Source of the DNA: Azolla caroliniana
Lineage: Eukaryota > Plantae > Polypodiophyta
Length of the DNA stretch: 64,000 bases
Direction: 5' to 3'
Assembly (NCBI GenBank): GCA_043228905.1
Contig: JBHGNT010000013.1
Span: 6,634,001 to 6,698,000 of the forward strand
The position numbers were made by a program, and so were the translations under genes. Each line of letters opens with the position of its first letter. The first letter of the stretch is position 1. Below the pieces are notes generated by a model that saw only the letters and a program-made list of their open reading frames with translations, did no database searches and was not told the DNA's origin. This document shows positions 58,933 through 64,000 of the stretch, one piece after another.

Positions 58933-61699
58933 AATATGTGTTCGATTCCAACGCTAGAGGACCCTTTATAAAATAGGGTTTGATTACAAAGGCAACTTCT
59001 AGTCAACCACAAGCTCAATCAGAACATAAATACTAAATGCCCTTAGAGACAAGAGCAAAACCAATCACAGCGAAGATGAACACACGAGCACCACCAAAAT
59101 GCCAACCCCAACGAACCACGACCACTCGAACGGCGAGCACACGGGCTCGCAACGACAAACCGGGCTCGCAACGTCGAACCAACGAAGCTTGGGCTCACGA
59201 GCACTTCGAGTGCCAACGTAAAGAAGACGAGCACGTGGCGATGAGAGGATGAAGGGGTATGAAGAGATGAAGAGAAGTGGTGAAGAAGAAGATGAAGAGC
59301 TCCGAAGAAAAAATGGTGATAGTCTCCTCCTCCCAAAACGTTCCCCCCAAAATGAGCCCCCTTGACCTCCTTTTATAGGAAAAAAAGAAGGGGGGTCGCC
59401 AATTTTGTCTTCAATGTAAAAGGAATAAAATTCCTTAAATCAAACTACATTGTAGGACCGGATTTGAACCATGCACATATAGCTAGAGGTCAATGTGACT
59501 ATCCACTAGCCCATTAACTTTGTTGTATATAGTATATAATTCTATCTCTACAAATTCATAACTTGTCTCCCCTCTACCTATCTCTCCTCTCTCTTACTTT
59601 TTACACGAGCTTCTATACATCCTTTCGACCCTTTCTTTTTTGTTTTAATTTAAATATGCACATATAATCGCCTTTGTGTGCACACACATTGCACATGCAC
59701 ATTTTGTCCCCCCCCTTTACTTTTCCTTCTTACATTTGTCTATTTACTCCTATGTTACAATTTTCCTAAGTATCTATGCAATGTTGCACATCTCGCTTTA
59801 TTCATTCCTCTCGGGTTTTCTCACCATGGCCGAAAATCCTCACGACAACATATGTGTACACATGCACACGTGTGTGCATGTGGACGGATACGAGGAGGTG
59901 TGAGTGAGTGACTAGTGTGAATGTCGAAGGGGGCTTGCACCCCTATGTATCTACCATTTTGTAACTGTTTAACCCCTCATGGGAAATGAATGAAGGATAA
60001 AAGGAACATTTCTCTCTCAATTTCTCTTTCTTGTCATCTTTCTCTCTCTCTCTCTCTCACCCTTACGTTGAACCCCCTTGGGAGGGGGGTGGAGCCATTA
60101 TAGGCATCACCCGCCACCCCGTAATGATTCTCAATGCTTATCAACATCTTCGCCATAGCCATCAACCCCGCAATGCTTATCAATCTCCCCATCACAACCC
60201 TTTTCTACCATTTCTGTCTTCATCATCAATCATCATCACTATCATAGTCATTAACTCCAACCCTAAAACCTACAACTAGTGAGGGTGAATGGAAGGGGCG
60301 TAAGTGGGATTTGTGGTGGTGTTTCATAGGCCATGAGATGGTGGAAGGGTAGGGGTGGTAGGAACCAATGGGGTGAGGGATGGTGAAGGACAAACCGGAG
60401 ACGAGGGAAGAAACTCTGTTGTTGGAGGAGAGGGTGTGCGGCTCAGTTGGGCCACTGTTTGGTGCGACCACCTGTTCGGATCTTCTGGCAACGTTGTGGC
60501 CAACATCCCAAGTCCGGGCAAGGGAGGTGGGGCCGTTTCTAGTGGTTACTGTTGTAATAAGCGCGTAAGAGATCATGTAATGCGGCGAGCTAGGGCCAGC
60601 GATTGGGGGGACTCTGACAACATCCACCAACGGGGCGTTGCAAAAGCGCTAGTAGGATCGCTAGTGTTGTCGACCCGATCCGTTGGGTCTACTCAGGTTC
60701 TGTTGGTGGTGTCTGCCTACCGCACTCCCAACCCTAAGGGGTGGCTCACACCACATGGTTCCTCCACTACAAGAAGAAGAAGAAGAAGAAGAAGAAGTTG
60801 TGGTTGCAAAAGGAGAAAGAAGATAGAAGAAAAAAAAATGAGGACGAAGATAGAAGAAAAAGAAGAAAAAAAAAAAACTAACTTAGAATGAGGAGACAAA
60901 CACTTACTATTCTCAATAGTATACCACCACACCCTTACATCCCAAAAAGGGCATATATATATATATATATGGTTTGGTTGGCCCATCCTACTTCACACCG
61001 GGCCGGCCAATAACATCCATAACCCCAGTAGTTCCGCCTCACGATCCGCACATACTCAAGGATTTTCACGACATTGTGAGTCTATTTTTGACATGGTTTG
61101 ATCTATTTATTTGAAGTGATAAACCACATAATGAAGTTTGGTAGTGTGGATAGAATATTACCAAAGTGGTCACCCAATTTAAGTGTCAGTGAACAAGGGA
61201 AAACCCTGAAGAGAATGACTATGTAAGGTTCAAAAAGCCTTGATGAATTTTGGATTGTGTGGCTAGATTATAATGAAGATGCTACTTTAATGGTCGATAA
61301 ATAACATTTTTTGCAATACTCAACCTTCCCAAAGGTTGTCTTATTGGCTAGACAACTACTTGGTGGAAACTCTTTGCATCCAACTTCAAGCATGGTTATG
61401 CACTCCATATCGAGTTGAGTATGTAGCGAGGCTCCACTTAATGCGAAGAGCTTCCCAATTAATCGGAAATTTGTAGAACAATCGTAGCCTTGTATGTATT
61501 GTAGCAATGTAATTTAGTAAGAATCACATTAATGATAAATTCATTACTTTTTTATTAGTACGTTTTCAATAGTTCAACTTTAAAATAATGCAATTTACCA
61601 AAACAGGTTTGTTTTACAAGAGTGATCATGTACTAGAGTAAACTTTCTGTAATTTGTACAAGAATTAGTTGAGAGTAGTCAATGATGATAGAATTTTGT

Positions 61700-61746
61700 A
61701 AGTCGTGACTGCCACGACACTACTCCCCTCGCATAGGTCATCACGT
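61700..61746 (-). pseudogene. Short Copia RNase H fragment (target of H2)
   Basis: VMTYARGVVSWQSRL. Confidence 0.75.
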
Positions 61747-64000
61747 TGTCGTGAAGATTTACGTCCACGAGCGGAAACCCGAGCAACGAGAGCCAAAGAA
61801 CGATGTGCAACGTTGCACACATACATAATGTATTTGTAATAATAATAATAGGGGTAAAGGGTATGGTGCTAGAAATGCCCCATAAGATCCCTAAGGTATA
61901 AAGGCGATGTGGTCTTGTGCGCACATCCACGCGAGAGAGAGAGAGAGAGGTACTATGCGGTACATAGGTACCTAGTTGTTTGCGAGGAGGTGGGAGTTAA
62001 GGGGCCATCAATCTCACCCTCCCCCAAATCAAGGCAAATATCCCCTTTAAATGAAAGGGGATATTTTAGTCTCGTTTTTGTAAACGGTCTTCCCTCCTTG
62101 TGCTATAAAAGGAGAGGGAAGGCACCATTGTGAGGGTTGCCTATTTTGAGTGTGCGAGGTATACCACATAGGTCGAGCATTAGGGTTAGGGTTAGGGTTT
62201 CGAGTAGTCGTTTGGTGCGGCCAATGCGGCCACCATTTTGTAATCGTTCATTTCGTTTTAATACATCTTGTTGATCATCTTGTCTCCATCTTCCTCTTGT
62301 TCGATCTAATCTCGTGTTCATTCTTCTTCTTCTTGAGCAAAGCTTCCATTACCTGTCTGATTCCTTCTCCTCCACTCCTTAGTCCAAGACCCCCGTGGTC
62401 CCGCCCTTCTCCACGCACGCGTGTAGCAACGCGACATATTTGGTGAACCCGACGTGAAGAGGCGACAAGGGAGGGAGGATATGGAAGACGAAGACATCGC
62501 GGAAGTAATTACGAGAATGGCAAGGGATTACGCAAGAAGGAGAGAAAGACGGGAAGAGGCGTACAAGTACGATCGACGCGAGTTCGATCTATGGGTGTCA
62601 TCGGCAAAGGCTCCTCGAAGCGCAGTGAAGGCATTCCGGGAGTTTGATCTCCGGTTTTCCCAACTTTCGGTCCGGGATCAAGAATCGGTGGGGGCCGACA
62701 AGGTCCCACTATTCTTGAAGTCAGTCAACGAAAGGGGGAGAATGACCTTTTTTCCCTACCTCGAAGACGATGAAGGGGCGTACAGCCTCACCGAAGATTA
62801 GAACGAGGTGGAATGGCGTGTATACAATGCGATGAGAGGCGGTCGGCCACAACGCGGCCCGCGAGCGGCGGAGAAGAGAGAGCGGCGACCGATTACGCAC
62901 TACCGCCGGAAGAGAGCTCAACGCAAATCGGTTCAGAGGAGCTCGACATCGAAGCCTTGGTGCGGGAAGCGTACGAGATCTTAGAGGCACAAATCAAAGC
63001 CGAAGAAGGGCTTATTGCGGAGCCGGGCCGAGCGGATCAGAGGATGAGGAGGACGAAAGAGAATGGTACATCGGTACCACGGGAGAGGGTGCAGAGCGAG
63101 CCACCCTCTCGACATGCGGAGAAAGATTGACCGAGGACGAGGTCGGGGACGGTGAGGCGGCGATCGCCGGTTCGAGCGGACATGAGGGAGTTCGGGCATG
63201 GAGGCCCGAAACATCGAGCGGAGAGAAGACGGGCGGTGGTGCCGGGACCTTACGCACACCGGGCCTAGAGACTCCGGCAACCGGCCCGAGAGCCGGTGTG
63301 AGACCTAGAGTGACGGGCGGTGGCGGCGGCAAGGCGGGCGACCACGATGGTGACATGGGAGAGGGTGCAAAAAGAGCGTCTCTCTCGTCTTGCGGCGAAT
63401 GGACGGCCATGGAGGCCGGTAACTACAGATTCGGGACATGGCGGCCTGAAACATCGAGGGAGGAGGAGACGAGCGGCGGTGCCGCGACCTTACACACACC
63501 GGCCCTAGAGCCACTGGCGGTCGGCCCGATTGCCGGCGTGAGACCTAGAGCGACGGGCGGTGGTGGCGGCAAGGAGGGCAACCGAGACAACGGTAAGGAG
63601 ACCGTGGAAGAGGAGGCGGCAAGCATAATTGATGTTTGCATATATGGAGGCGGGGTAGCCACGGACGTCGATGTCCGAATGGAGGTGGCTACGGGCATAG
63701 CATCGACGAGCGGCGGCGTTGCTACCTTACACGCACCGGTTCAAGAGACCCCGGCGGCCGGCCCGAGTGCCCGCGTGAGACCTAGGGTAACGAACGGTGG
63801 CGGCGGCAAGGTGGGCGACCACGGCGACGATGTGGGAGAGGGTGCGGAGCGAGCAAACCTCTCGACTTGTGGAAAGAGGACGGCCATGGATGAGGCCGAT
63901 ATCTACGGAGCAATGGACGCCACTTCGAGAGTGGGCGAAAGTTTCGGGACGCGGTTGCCCGAAACGTTCTACGAGGATTTCGCGAGCATACTCGAGGCTT
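61747..64000 (+). mobile_element. Element H2 (H1-related), 5' LTR 61747-62436, Trp PBS, gag-like remnant 62454-62801, runs off the window
   Basis: LTR start TGTCGTGAAGATTT..AAACCCGAG resembles H1; FREFDLRFSQLS..KVPLFLKSVN matches H1 gag. Confidence 0.85.
63230..63850 (+). repeat. ~240-bp degenerate tandem repeat inside H2
   Basis: accttac.c.caccgg..gtgagacctag.g..acg..cggtggcggc at ~63247, ~63487, ~63724. Confidence 0.8.

Larger units (their letters stand above)
53691..59847 (-). mobile_element. Element H1: gag-only LTR element; 3' LTR 53691-54975, PPT 54976-54988, 5' LTR 58294-59847, duplicated LTR-end/PBS/gag block
   Basis: TG..CA long direct repeats; PBS at 57481-57498 and 58271-58288; probable 4-bp TSD ACGT/ACAT; no pol motifs. 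Confidence 0.88.
35394..60277 (+). mobile_element. Element N: non-coding (non-autonomous) LTR element; 5' LTR ~35394-35820 (5'-truncated), PBS 35827-35836, internal 35837-36951 + 52423-53582, 3' LTR ~53586-53690 + 59848-~60277
   Basis: 35463-35820 matches ~59895-60276; cGGCGACCAC PBS as in G1; tRNA-like motif before the 3' LTR; purine-rich internal region without pol motifs; no TSD found. Confidence 0.75.

Noticed and set aside
60278-60720. Possible 5' continuation of G4 gag beyond element N
   Set aside because: No TSD and no convincing motif similarity; left unassigned.
62180-62197. (TTAGGG)3 as a telomeric remnant
   Set aside because: Only three units inside an LTR; such motifs are common in plant LTR leaders.

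Overview
Eukaryotic (plant, most likely a non-seed land plant, inferred from the element types) heterochromatin-like window made almost entirely of nested LTR retrotransposons; no host gene, rRNA, complete tRNA gene or CRISPR array is supported. Resolved by eye: three young Tnt1/Tork-like Copia copies (A1 483-6327 with an intact ORF, A2 20635-26217, A3 41645-47137, all with 5-bp TSDs), older Copia elements (B, C, D, E), a non-chromovirus Gypsy with a long 3' extra ORF (G1 12648-27831) plus relatives (G2, G4, non-coding N), a self-priming chromovirus (G3 38778-49198) and gag-only elements with a tRNA-Trp PBS (H1, H2). Most striking: G1, G2 and N have no polypurine tract before the 3' LTR. In its place is a conserved 40-nt hairpin with compensatory base changes, ending in a copy of a tRNA-Arg 3' end (TCCCACGGGCGTGCCA). 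On the minus-strand cDNA this is a second primer-binding site, suggesting plus-strand synthesis primed by a second tRNA. All alignments and tRNA assignments were made by eye or from memory and need computational confirmation.
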